Positions 27,273 to 41,310 of a stretch of 64,000 nucleotides of DNA are shown here, piece after piece. Each line of letters begins with the position of its first letter. Positions within the stretch are counted from its first letter, which is position 1. The notes below the pieces were generated by a model, which worked only from the letters and a program-made list of their open reading frames with translations, did no database searches and was not told the origin of the DNA. Both the position numbers and the translations under genes were made by a program. The DNA comes from Octopus sinensis (taxonomy: Eukaryota), in contig NC_042999.1 of NCBI RefSeq assembly GCF_006345805.1, forward strand, positions 30,628,001 to 30,692,000. Direction: 5' to 3'.

Positions 27273-29686
27273 TTACAGTGAACCAATTATATACCGTTTG
27301 GAAGGCTACAACAAGCGACGATTATGACGCAGAATGATATATAAAACATTAAATACAAAACAAATAGTCAGTCCTCCCGCTATCATCCTATCTCGTTATC
27401 ATTTTGTACAATATTGTTCTTGAAGATTTTGATTATCCAGCACTTCAAGGTATTTTAAAAACTATGTGGCTTCATGCAAGGAATTTTTATTGTATTTTCT
27501 AAAAGCTCACTAATCCACTTAAAGTGCAACCCATTCACTCAGATACCAGCGTAAACAGATTATGATATATATGTTAACCATAGATTATCCATACACTACA
27601 AAACTAAAATCACTGAAAACTGCAATTCCGATATAGTCATGATCATTAAATTTTATCTGTAGTGCAGTGTACAGAGAATGAGATAGCACTAGTCTGTAGA
27701 TATCCTTATTTTTGATCACTGAGACGAAGATCTATTCGGAACAAGGACTATGCAATCACTGATAATTTCATATCCGAACTGATATTTACAAAACGTCTTC
27801 TTCAGCAATGCCCCTAGCATTTCTGGAATTTCTATGATAGACTTCCTCACGGAGGTAGGCTGATAGAACTCTTCGAGCGTAGAACGATATGATATGCGAT
27901 ATTTTAAGTTCAGGGACAAAATTACAGAGAGATGAACTCAAACGTCCGTGCTAGATAAAATAAAATATAACTACAGCGCTCGACATAAGTCAAGGGTTTC
28001 CTCGTCCCAAAATGAATGGTATCATGCTCATATTCGAAAATATTAATACTGTTAGCGCTTGAAACAGTTTCCCAGTTTATACAAAAGTTAGTAATATGCT
28101 ATCATAGTTTTTATGTTTTTTGTTTTTGGTTTTATTCATTTGCATCAAGATAATGTTTATTCACCATAACGAAATTCTAATAAGTAAATAAAACATAATT
28201 CCGAAGTGGCGGACTCTCTACATTGCTGAGATTCATTAACATACGTCATTGAGATAATATTACCTTCTGTTCATTGACACTGGACTTTTATTTAATATTA
28301 TTTTATTTAGTTTTCCAGAGAATAAGTGTAAGAGCATATAACCATTGTCGTATATATAGGTGATGGGACCGTCGTTCATTGCCATTATGTAGATGATATT
28401 CTTTAAGTAAGGTAGTGAGTTCGGTAGAGATTTCGATTCACGGATCGGGTTGTATGTTGTGTTCTTGAGTATGCTATTTTATTTCACGATGCTCCAAATC
28501 ATTAAGCTACAGAACTGAGTTGCGATGTCACTAGTGCCAAGCTGTATCAGCCGTTGCTTTTCCCTTTGATGACATCGGTGGCGTGGAGAGGAGAGGCTGC
28601 TCTGCATGGGCGGCGGCTGCTGGTTTTCGAAAAACAATCTTACCCGGAATTGTTTCTCGGAGGGTAACGTTCTAAGTGCAATCACGTGGTCCCAAGTGGA
28701 TCATATTGTGACTAGGGTGTTAGGAAACAGCTACACTGCTAGAAATAGGAGCTAGCCATGTAAGTGTTTCCAAACACCCTAGTTACATTTAGTAACTTTT
28801 GTAATTCTCCTTTATGATGAAAATTACAAACTCTTTCCATTATAAATGTGAGTGTGAATGTGTGTTTGTGTGTGTGTGTGTGTGTGTGTACATATGTATT
28901 CACATATATACACGAACGTGCACGAACCCACAAACAGATACACATACAAAAAATATATGCAAATATATGTGTTTACGTGTATGGTTTATATATGTATGTT
29001 GGTACATTCAGATGATTAGCATCTGCGATAAATTCAAATTTGTGAAAATACTGTTATATTACTTTTATCCACAGCTTTACGGTTTACCGTTGTATATGTA
29101 TGCATTTTCTTTTCTTTTCTTTTTTAATTTTGTCCTCTTTTTTTTGTAAATCTAGTTTTCTATATCGCAAAGCAAAGCAAGATGAATTCCCATCTTTCAG
29201 AATCCAAATGTACTTAAAAATTGTTCTTAAACAAATAACATTCTATCTTTTTTCGAGTATACCCCACATGGCAAATAAAGATTTTTTTTTATGTATATAC
29301 ATGAGTGCTGCGCGTGTGTGCGTATGTGTCTGCGTATGCGTTTGTGTGAGTATATATATGTGTATGTATGTGTGTGTTTGTGTTTGTATTTGTATATGCA
29401 AGTACATTTGGAGAATGTAGGTATATTACGTAAACATACGTGTAATATATAAATATGTATATACGAGTAAATCTAACGAGAAAATAGAATACCCATATAC
29501 GCATAATTATATGCGTGTTTACGTATATATTAAACATATATACTTACATATATAAGTATGTATGTATATATTTATATTTACGTACTCACATATATAATTA
29601 TATACATACATGTATATATGTATGTATATATATATATATGTATATACGTATATATATCTATCTATCTATCTATCTATATATCTATC

Positions 29687-29718
<32 letters not shown>

Positions 29719-30782
29719 TATACATATGCATACTTATATATAAATATATATATATATATATAAATATATGCACTCTGATACCACAGTGGAGTGGTATCTG
29801 AGTAAGAAGGTATGATAATATGAAGTGAGAGAAAGATAAGAGAGAAGGAGAAAGAGAGAGAGAGAGAGATAGACATTTAAATAAATGACGCCTCTTATGT
29901 TCGTTGAATGAAGAACAATCTTCTGGCCAGAAGACATTAGTAAGTAAAATGGTGGCTGATTTAATCAATATTCTGAACGCAACTAATGAAATTATCAATT
30001 TTCTGCCTTAAGTGTTTGAATCTAGTGACAGCTCGCTCGCATTTGATTAAATTTTAGTTGAACGAACTAGCGTAATTAGTATACGTTAGCAATGACTCTA
30101 TATTTTGGTGGTCTGCTGTAGTATAACGTTATGTACTGTTGTAGTCTTTCATTCTGCATTGTTTTATCAAAGAATTCTTAATAGCATAGTATAAGATAGT
30201 AGATTGTTTCCTTTAAATATGTCTGCAGGGTTTCTTTCTAATTCTCATTTACATCTTTCGTTTAAATTGTAATTTTTTTGTGTGGTCTTTTCCTCATTGT
30301 GTTCGTGCTATCATTGCGTTGTTTTTTATCAATTTTTAACCAAAATACAGAAAGAAAAACAGGATGCTGGAAACTGTTTTGGAAGAAAGTTACTTTTAAT
30401 TTCCTTATAGAGGAAAAAGGTTGAAGATAAAGTTAAGAGAAAAAAAGTTGCAGAAAATCGAACAGGAACACAGATATGTATCTGTATGCATAATTATACA
30501 TAAATAGATACATATATACACACACGCGCAAACACACATACACACAAACACACACACACACACATACACACACACATATACATATATATATATGTGTATG
30601 TATGTTTGTGAGTGTGTGTGTGTATCTGTGAAGATATATGTACTTTTGCATGCACGCGTTTGTATTTTTGCATGTGTGTATACGTATTTTGACACGCGTA
30701 TATAATATATATGTGAATGTATAAATACATACATTATGTACGTGCATATATGTTTTCGGGCGTGTGTATATTTGTATGTATG

Positions 30783-30838
<56 letters not shown>

Positions 30839-32766
30839 ATGTATGTATGTATATATTCATAAACACACACACACCACGCACACATACACATATATATATA
30901 TATACACATGTATTTCATATTTTTTCCATACAGTCATGTATATACACACACAATGTGTGTTGATATATGCGTGCATATGTTTATATATATGTACAGGTGT
31001 ATGCATGTTTTCGAAATTCATTCGTATCAATTCAATATTTAATTTGATAAAATGTTAATTATGAAGTAGATACTTAAATGCATCAAAAGAGATGTGTCGG
31101 AAGCCATGATTTTGCCTCTACAGGGAGGAGGAGGAGGAGGAGGAGGAGGAGGGTGAAGTGGGGGATAGGGAGAGGAGAAGAGGAGGATAACGATGAAGAC
31201 AACTACGACATCGAATGATAATGATACATGCGGAGGGAGACTTGTGACGTAGGAAGATGCATATAGGGTGAAGCTGAATGTTATTAGTTGTAGATTGTTT
31301 GAAAAGCTGTTGGTAATGGTTGGTGAGATGTTCATGTTGGTGATCTCATTTTTTTTTTGCATGTTGATAATTATAATCATTATAATCATGTCTTCAAGTA
31401 TTTTTACAAGTTTCCATCACCACAGCACCACGTGAACCTTCGTTTTTTTTTTCTTTCATTCCTTCTTTTTTTATTTCAGATGTGGGCAGCATTGTAGTTC
31501 GAGAACATGGAATGGTGTTAGTATAATAGATCACTATTTCTTTCTTACCTGCTTTCTGTTTGCTATTTCTTGGTGTTATTTTAGTGATTAGTCTATTGTA
31601 TAGTGCAAATGAATTACGAGATACGCTATTTTCTTTGGTGGTCGAATATGTTTTGTGTGAGTTGTGTTTTAGAATATGATGATGATTCTAAAGGCTACAT
31701 AGCATGTGAATAATGTTTTATTATTGGATTGTAATTAAAGCGCATGTCCTCTGGCTTCTGTGATTCTTTGTGGACCATGTTATGGTTTTTCAGTACTATT
31801 AATATTTCTATATTTCCTGCTCATTCTATTCGTTATTGTGTTGTTTTCAAGTTCACGTTACCCATGCTCCCTATTAATTTCAACTTACGTTGCAATTGAG
31901 TAACTATGAATGGGGATATTGAACGACTAGCTTCTTTTCCTCGCTGTATCATAATATATGTAAGCAATGAGTACAGTTTTGATAAGGCTGATATAAATTC
32001 TGGGGAGTGGGAGATAAACACACCCTAACGATTCCCCCAAAACAAAAAAAAATTACTTCATTGATTGTACGGAAATATAACTAGTGCGATTTGTTATGCG
32101 AAAAGTGCGGCCGATATCCTAATGGAGGTAAAAGTCACGTAAGGGTATTCTGTTCAGTAGAACTTAAAATGCGGAAAAGGGGAATAGTGAGAGAAAGTCA
32201 AACTGAGGCAAAATCCGGGATACACTAGGTAATGATGTTCCAGTGACTCTGACAGTCAAACTGTGAGAAATATGGGAGGACATTTCTGTACAAAGAAGAA
32301 TTATAAAATTCGGAAAAAATCTTTATGTTAAGATTTCGTTTTGTAATAAAAATTGCTTTACAATTTTTAGTAGAAGTACACCGACAATATATAAGTGAAA
32401 AAATATATACTTTCCCATAAATACTTGCGTACAGATACTAATATAGAAATACATTTCCCACGTATGCATTATATATAATCGGCCACCTCAACCTTGTTGT
32501 TATCGTCATGATAGTACCGGAGTAAAAATGATTACAAACTGCGAAATTTTATATATTTTGAGCTGTCTGAAATTTTATGAATTTTCTAGTGCATTTCCTC
32601 GCCTTCAGACTTGTGAAATAGCGGAAACGAAGTTGCAGTGGTTTGTAGATATCTAATGTGGCTTATAGACATTTGACATCTACTTGTAGCCTATTGCCCT
32701 TCTGCCTCCAGAGCCTTAAAGTATAATTATATAAGTGTACATTTATAACATATTTATAATTATATA

Positions 32767-33160
32767 GACGCAGGAGTGGCTGTGTGGTAAGTAGCTTGCT
32801 AACAAGCCACATGGTTCCGGATTCAATCCCACTGCGTGGCATCTTGGGCTAGTGTCTTTTGCTATAGCCCCGTGCCGACCAATGCCTTGTGAGTGGATTT
32901 GGTAGACGGAAACTGAAAGAAGCCTGTCGTATATGTATATATATGTATGTGTGTATGTTTGTGTGTCTGTGTTTGTCCCTCTAGCATTGCTTGACAACCG
33001 ATGTTGGTGTGCTTACGTCCCCGTCACTAGCGGTTGGGCAAAAAGAGGCCGATAGAAAAAGTACTGGGCTTACAAAGAATAAGTCCCGGGGTCGATTTAC
33101 TCGACTAAAGGCGGTGCTCCAGCATGGCCGCAGTCAAATGACTGAAGCAAGTAAAAAAAA
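32767..33160 (+). mobile_element. SINE family 2 (OK-like), full length
   Basis: GACGCAGGAGTGGCTGTGTGG head, short TA/TG linker, GGCGGTGCTCCAGCATGGCCGCAGTCAAATGACTG tail. Confidence 0.93.
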
Positions 33161-33339
33161 ATACTTAAATATATATACACACACACATATACAGACATGC
33201 CCTCACTAACACCCATACATGCAAATTTATGTATAATCGTTACGTTTATATGATATATTTTTGCACAATTATATATTGTCACGATCTATGCTTTCACTAT
33301 TTTTCATTTCAGAACTACATTACTTCGAAACATATTCCT

Positions 33340-33900
33340 CAACTTCATATAAGAGGATGTACTGAATATTTCAATGAATGTGAGCAAATGAGGTTTATCT
33401 TTAAACATATTTCCAGTTCTTCCATCGGTGTTGCTGGTCTCTGAACCCATCGGTAAAGACGTTTCACTTCTCTTGGTCAAAGGTCATCAAAAGCAGATAT
33501 GATGTTATCATCACAGCTAAAATGCATTCCTACAAAGTCCTTCTTTCTGTCGGGGAACAAATGATAGTCAGATGGGGCCAAATCAACAGAATAGTGACAG
33601 TGAAAAGGGGAGACAGTCACGTACAGCAACTATTGAAAGCAAGGACTTGTGTGCTGGTGCCTTGTCCTAATGAAAGAAAATCCCTTTCATCAGTTTTCCA
33701 GGGTGTTTCGTCTACATAGCCTTTCGTAACTACCTAAGCAATTTGGCATAGTCCGCACCATTGAATAGGCGGCCCTTTTAAAGATGGTCAATAAAACCAA
33801 TGCCTTGTGAATGGCAAGACCTGAAACCATCACCTTCCCCGGAGAGGAAACGACCTTGGCCTTCACATCTCTAGCGTCTCTCTTTTGTAGACAGCTTATG
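33340..33900 (-). mobile_element. Mariner transposase remnant (Himar1/irritans-like C-terminal half)
   Basis: KAKVVSSPGKVMVS; ctattctgttgatttggccccatctgactatcatttgttcccc encodes YSVDLAPSDYHLFP. Confidence 0.85.
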
Positions 33901-34329
33901 AACTTTTTCATTCGACCAGCGTTACAATAATAAAATTTACTAGGAGATGCAAAATACTTTATCTATTGGAACTTCTAAGATTTCATTTGTATTTAGAAAT
34001 CGGAATGTGTCGAAGAAACTTTAACCGATCAAAAGACTAATTAATATAATGTTCGGTTTTGTCGAAGGATTTAAATTTTACTCTTATCTTCAGTTTTAAG
34101 CTGGCTAAATCCGTTCATTCAACTTTGAGATTTTCCACTGCAGACATGTGTTTAGCTTTCGTTTTGCTGTGACTAGCAAAATTCTGTGAATATGAACTTG
34201 CTTAAACAAAATTTCCAAGAAACACACCAACTATATTGATATCTGTTTAAATGTAAAACACGGAAAGCATTATTTCTTAGACTGATATGATAATTCTTTC
34301 ATATTTTACCAAAACCATAGATGTTTTGA

Positions 34330-34497
34330 AGGAGTGGGTAGTCTATTACATCAAGTTCAGTGCTCAATTCGTACTTATTTTATCGACCTCGAAAGGCTGG
34401 CTGAAAAGCAAAATCGATTTTGTCAGATTTTGAAAGCAATAGGAACCACGAACGAAATGTCTCAGACATGTTAACGATTTTTACAGCTCACCGCGTT
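34330..34497 (-). mobile_element. Degenerate SINE family 1
   Basis: gtacttattttatcgacctcgaaagg core and a remnant of the head. Confidence 0.65.
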
Positions 34498-36238
34498 TAA
34501 CATGTAATAAAAAGTAGCAGATTAACATCATTGGGATAAACTCATTCATAATGGTGATCTCGTAAAGACAGGAAGAAGTTGTGTATTATACAGTACCATC
34601 AGAAAATACATCAAACAACGTTCTAAAAACTAGATACACATGATACACGACTATTGTGTGATACAGGCAGAAAAAGAAATATAGGAGATGATACGAGAAT
34701 ATACGTTTCGATCCATCTTATGTTGTTCCGTTGCGGGTGGGATACAGTACAACTAGTTGTGATGCATTCATTGCTGAAGAGGTGTCTTCTCAAGTATGTA
34801 ACTTTTCTGTGCCGAAGGATGCACCACAACTAGCAGCACAGTATTGCACCTACGTAGGATCGATATATATCTCGATATATCTAAATCATCCACCAAGAAT
34901 ATATTAACATGAACCCTATTATAAAATTTCCTAATTTTTAGATGTTTTCGAATTTTGTCATTTATCCACATGGAAAAATACAGAGATTACGAATGTGGGA
35001 AATAGAATTAGTTTTTGAAAGTTGAATTTTTCTCAAAGAAATCCTGAATGTATTCCCCCCCCCCCTCAGCCACCCATCAGCGTCCCGCTTTCTGACAAAA
35101 TGCTAATCTCCTTTGTGACAAACAAGAATCTGAGTAGATTGAAGAAATAAATAAGTGTGTGTTACGCAAATGTCATCTCCAGAATGCTAGAAGCAACACG
35201 TAAAGGACGGTATTTTTTCGATAACTTCGTTGTAAGTTTAAATGGCAGATCAGGTTTTGAAATACGCTCATTACAAACAGAAATGACAGAATACAATGAG
35301 ATAATTTCCATACGATTTGAGCGGTATATTATCGCACAGCAAAAAAATAACATGCTTCATACAGAACATACCATTCTTCATTCGAAAAGAAGGAAATGTA
35401 GTGAAGTTGTAATATGTCGACAGCATAAATTCTCTGTAAATTATGAGGACAAAATGAAAGAGAGGGATAACGCTTAAGTCTAGGCACGACTGAAACATGG
35501 GACGAAAGTGAAAATGACTTGAAAGTTGTGCGACCCGGTCTTGCTTTCCCCTGTCTTTGTGTCGGCTTTCTTTCACCTTCACCTAAAGTACATACATACA
35601 TATCAACTTTCTTCCGGCTTTCTTTCAATTTCAACTTTTGACCATACATAGGGTATGAAACATCAGCATTTCTCTCTCAGCCGCGATCCCTGCCTTTCAT
35701 GTACTCATGTAGAAACTTGTTCTTGTCTATGTTTCTTTCTGTTGTCTCTCTGTATTTTTCTCATTCTTTGTTTCTCTCGCTCATTCCGTAAACATTTATT
35801 TGTTCAAAGAAAAGGAACAGCGAAAAGGGAGAGAGAGATGAAAATAAAGGAGTTGAGAAAATGAAAGGTGTACGTACGTGTATATGAAATGGAACTGTAT
35901 GTGTGTATGCGAGAGAGAAAGAGAGAAAGCGAGACAAAGAGAAATAGAAAGCGTGAGTGAGTGAAGTTGTGTATCCTGATGACGGATGCCTTTTAAAGAA
36001 CACACTCATACAGAAAATGTTACGTTATCATCGTATAAAATGCTGACGATAATGGAATTGTGGAATAGATTATAAATGTAAAATTTTTGAAATGTAAATG
36101 TGTGAGTGAATATAAAGTTTAGTTAGTTTGTGGAAATAGTACTGAATCTTTTCATACCCCATGCGTCAAAATCGCGGTAACTCGATTTTGGAATGCATAG
36201 GGAACATACGCACAAACACTCACACAAGCAAGCATTCT

Positions 36239-36328
<90 letters not shown>

Positions 36329-36330
36329 GT

Positions 36331-36495
36331 ATAAAGGGAAAGTTTACGAAAATAAAAAAAAGATGAAGGCAGGTGGTGTACAAAGAAACATGTATTTGTA
36401 TAGCGCTCAGAAATAGAAAAAAGTATTTTACATTTCGAGCCTACGCTCTTCTACAGAAAGGTACACAAAAAAAACAAGGAGAGAAAAGCATGTGT
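36331..36495 (-). mobile_element. Solo 3' tail of the Neptune PLE family, with hammerhead-like motif (36423-36463)
   Basis: Homologous to 8331-8510 (gaaggcaggtgg, gcgctcag, ttcgagcctacgctctt); abuts (TA)n. Confidence 0.85.
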
Positions 36496-36509
36496 GTTGT
36501 GTGTGTGTG

Positions 36510-37040
36510 TGTGTGTGTCATTTAGAGATAGAAGTCCCTATGCAATTCATAAAATCCTAATATACATCACACCATACCATAGAATTATATTTTAGTACTA
36601 TTTCAGTTCTAAATTTCTCTTCTACACTTGTTTCATGAGGTGCGATTAACGTACCCAAGACTCTTAACACTTAACTGCCGCCCCAATCATCAGGACGCTT
36701 CATAACTTTATATAATTTTAAAACTATTCCTATATTTTACTATTTTATCAGTTACGCATGTAACTGACAAACAAATATGCGGGAGTGCAAATAAATTCGC
36801 CGAACCTTGGCATGCAAGTCATAATTTAATTAATTCAAAATAAAAAATTCAAAAACATTAATTCAAACGTGACTTAAGCCAAAAATCATACATATAAATT
36901 AATAATATATAGGAATGAAGAAAATTATAATATATCTATAATATCTCTATCTCTAAGTGACATATATTTCCTTATCGAGAATAATTCAATTTATTTGAAT
37001 CCCTGTGACGGCGGGATTTTTATTCCCTAATTAAAATATA

Positions 37041-37045
<5 letters not shown>
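36510..37045. mobile_element. Family B repeat in inverted (divergent) arrangement
   Basis: 36510-36900 is the reverse complement of a diverged 660-980; 36905-37045 matches 930-1048 and ends at (TA)n. Confidence 0.55.
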
Positions 37046-37101
<56 letters not shown>

Positions 37102-37242
37102 CATTTATACACATATATATATATGCATATATATATATATGTATATATATACATATATATACTTACATATATCTATATACACATATATATATATACAAAT
37201 ATATACATATATATATATATTTACATATATATATATATTATA

Positions 37243-37277
<35 letters not shown>

Positions 37278-37842
37278 ATATAATATATAATATATATACA
37301 TATATATATATATAATATATATATATATACATATATATATTATACATATATATACGGCTTCCTATGAATCATACGGCATCAAATGTGGTCCATTCCTGAC
37401 TACCTTTTTAGCACGATTTCATTTTCATGTTTCTTTCTCATATTTCCATGACATGAAGCTCTCATTTCTCAGATTTTGTTGACTTTAAATCGTAATTGTT
37501 GTTTCTGTAACATTGCTTTTACATTAGAATGTCAATGCTACTCAAATCAGTTTTAATTCTGGGAAAAAGTAAGCCCATATTATCCAAATCTCACTTCCAA
37601 CACCTACCCAGCATGATGTAACTACCTGATGCTTAGAGCCTTCTTGTTTCACTGGCATAGCTGTAAATCTCAATGAGGTGCACAAACCACCACATCGCAT
37701 CAAGAGTTGAACATTCCGCCGGATACATATACATGCATACACATATATACATATGTATACATATAGACATATATATGCATATATATACATATGTATACAT
37801 ATATACATATATATGCATATATATACATTGGTGTATATATAT

Positions 37843-38130
37843 AATGGGAAAGTTTACGAAAATATACAAAAAACGAAGGCAGGTGGTGTACAAACAAACA
37901 AATGTATTAGTATAGCGCTCAGGAATAGAAAAAGTATTTTACGTTTCGAGCCTACGCTCTTCTACAGAAAGATACACAGAAAAAAATCAAGAAGAGAAAC
38001 AAGGAGAGAAAAAATATGTGTAGTGGCTAACGATCTATCATGGCGTCTGACTCGGACAGAATGGTCAGACGCGAGATGGACTGTAGGGGAGATAACAGGG
38101 TTAACTGACTTCCTATAGGAAGGAGCCCCC
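37843..38130 (-). mobile_element. Solo 3' tail of the Neptune PLE family, with hammerhead-like motif (37934-37975)
   Basis: Homologous to 8331-8620; (TA)n on both sides. Confidence 0.87.
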
Positions 38131-38192
<62 letters not shown>

Positions 38193-38965
38193 TATATGCG
38201 TATGTATGTTTACAGGTATTTATCTATCTATCTATGTTTAATACCAATACGCTCATTAGTCTTAATGAAAAATTATTTAATCTATTACACAATCCTTAGC
38301 GAGAATTAATACTTAATATTGCCAATTATGTTGCTAAATTAATATTAATGCTAACGAAAATTTCATATAGACTTTTTTTTTACCTATTTATAGAAAAAAA
38401 TCTATTCTGCAAATCTCTATCATTGCATACTAAGACGTAATTATATTTCCTGGTCAACAAACAGCCATAACAACAGTGAATTGATTTGGAAAGTGAATAA
38501 TTTTATGTCATAACCGGAATGATATATTTAGAGTTAACTTTTCAATGAAAAACAAGTGTGCTTTTTCAGATTTTTTCGTAAATTCGCCCAACTGTACCGT
38601 GTTTAAAATAAAATATTGATTATGTTTAAAGCTCTACGTACATTGATCCTATATTTCTGAGTTGAGAGAAATAAAAATTTATTACTTTTATGCAATTCCC
38701 AAGGGCATTAACAGCAAAATGTTGTATAACGTTTTGTAACATTATAGAGATCTAAATTTTAATGAAAATGGATTTCTGAGGAACATGTCATTAACCAGCA
38801 ATTGCTGAGCAGGCGAGGTCGCAATAAAATGCAGATATAAAAATAGATTCATAGGAAAGTAGATAGAAAGATGGAGAGAGATAGAGACAGACAGAGGAAG
38901 AAAGAAAGAAAGAAAGAAAGACATATATATAGATAGACAGACAGATAGATAGCTAGCTAGCTAGC

Positions 38966-39054
<89 letters not shown>

Positions 39055-39181
39055 GTTCGGTTGGATGGAAGGCTGGAGGGATAGATTGATAGATAGATGG
39101 ATAGATGGGTAGAGAGATAGGAAGATAGATACGGAAGATAGACAGACAAACAATTGGATTTACAATATATATTTATGTATA

Positions 39182-39218
<37 letters not shown>

Positions 39219-39223
39219 GTATG

Positions 39224-39321
<98 letters not shown>

Positions 39322-39741
39322 GTATGCATGTATGTAAATATATATATATATATATACAGAGAAAGAGAAAGAGAGAGAGAGAGAGGGGTGGGGAGAGACC
39401 GAGAGAGCGAGACACAGGGAGATATATAGATAGATAGATAGATACTGATATAACGATATGAAGAAAGATGACTATTTAGTTACGCTGAAAGTTATATACA
39501 AAGATAAATTTTCTGTGATATACATAATGAGAAACAGATTAATAAATACTAGCGGGACACATGAAAATTGTAAGCATGCGCAAATTGTGTGCTAGTGCCA
39601 TGAGAAATGTTACAGAATATAGAAAAATCGTGTAAAACCTATAAGTATATAATCCAACCTAAATATCTTAGTTATGCACACGTAAGTAGATTTAATATTT
39701 AGCCTTAAAATACATCGTTTTAGTAGTAGTGTTCTAGTATT

Positions 39742-39950
39742 CTTTTACTTGTGTCAGCCATTTGACGGTGTCCATGCTGGAGCACCGGCTTTTACTCGAA
39801 GAAACCGACCCCTGGACTTATTCCCCATAAGCCTGGTGCTTCTTCTATAATCTCTTCTGCTGAAGAGTCAAGTTACGGGGACACAAACACACCAGCATCG
39901 GTTGTCAAGTGATGTTGGTGTTGGGAACAATCGCAGACACAAACACGGTT
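39742..39950 (-). mobile_element. SINE family 2 tail half only
   Basis: ccatgctggagcaccgg...aaacacaccagcatcggttgtcaag...acagacacaaacac. Confidence 0.85.
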
Positions 39951-40825
39951 GTATCATTCGGATCCACAGCCCAAGAAGCTATCATTGAGTAGTTCTACAG
40001 ACGTTCACCTCATCCCTGAAGACTCATGGAAATATTCTAGCTTCAGTGTTCTGAAGCAAAGGTGGAGTACTCGTCAAAAAATACCCGCCAAAACGCCCCA
40101 CCATCAACGTAGATCACTGCGTGTCTCTCTTGGCCGAAAGGCGTGAAGCTTTGAAACAAAAATTCCGTGGATACACACTTGTATGTACACAAGATATACA
40201 GAACAAATCAAAGAGAGTTATAGTACTACGCCTCTGATTGTAACAATGATTGGAAGTGTCATTGATGGGATCAAGGTAGCGTGCAGATGGCTACTACTAC
40301 TTTAACGGTACTTTCCCTCCTTAAACGGTACTGTTTACTGCTACTTTTCCTTCAGTCTGTCACACAGACCAGACGGATTCTTATCTTTCTCCTCTCGTAT
40401 CTTCAGCATCCGCTACCTTATCTGGTCTGTCCGAACGACCCTACATGTTTGTTTTTGTCTGGTTTGTAGTATGACTCCACTGTCCTGATTTTATTGCTGA
40501 CATTGACCCTCCGAAAATTCCAAATTTCTGTTTTGCTTCGCGGGAGCAACATTTTCTTGCAACCTCATATTGTGGTTAATTGCTCGAAATGTGGAGTTAA
40601 TGAACAGCCAACAACTGATGGTGGGTAGTTCTTTATGTTACTTGCCTTGTTTTGTATTGGTTACTCTCGTTGTTCCATACCCAATTTTGCCTTCGTATTT
40701 CATGATGTTGACGTTTTGTGACGTCATGTACTCATATATGCGTAAACAAATACATATATATATATGTGTACATATACGTATGTATATATGCACACACACA
40801 CACACACACACAGACACACACACAT

Positions 40826-40866
<41 letters not shown>

Positions 40867-40989
40867 CATATATATATAATTTATATTAGTATATGATTGA
40901 ACGCCACGCATCCATTTCTAAGTAAGTTTGTCTTATATACATATATACATATATGCATACACACATATATATACATATATATATATACA

Positions 40990-41310
40990 TATGGGACAAG
41001 AACACAAAACATTCAGACAGCTAGATGATACAAAAAAGGCACAAGAAAAATCACTGATGAGTCATTCGAAGTTTTCTTTCTTCAGTTGAGTTCCATATTA
41101 TCTTTGCAATTTCGGCTGGTTATACTCGAGATTGCCCCAATCTGGCCAGCCCTAAGGAAAAATGAACTTAAGGCAACTAGATTCCTTGAAAGAAAGCAAC
41201 GAATGTATTAAAAAGAAGGACGGATAAAAGACGGAGAAATGCTACAGAAATACAAATGCGAAGAACAGGACATAACAACAGGTGTCTTTCGACTAAGGAC
41301 GAATGTCTGT
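40990..41310. repeat. Unclassified interspersed repeat abutting TA-rich microsatellite
   Basis: Contains a GGCTGG...CCAGCC stem and resembles PLE-tail-type octopus repeats I recall; no second copy in the window. Confidence 0.3.

Noticed and set aside
29919-29934. 16-bp perfect palindrome TCTTCTGGCCAGAAGA
   Set aside because: Short and isolated, with no supporting context.
39950-40560. Possible RTE-like remnant
   Set aside because: Balanced composition suggests an old TE, but I could not recover a convincing motif.
41050-41160. Hammerhead-like strings (CTGATGAG...GAAG; CTGAAGA...GAAT; GGCTGG..CCAGCC-GAAA)
   Set aside because: None has both the core and GAAA with workable stems I/III.
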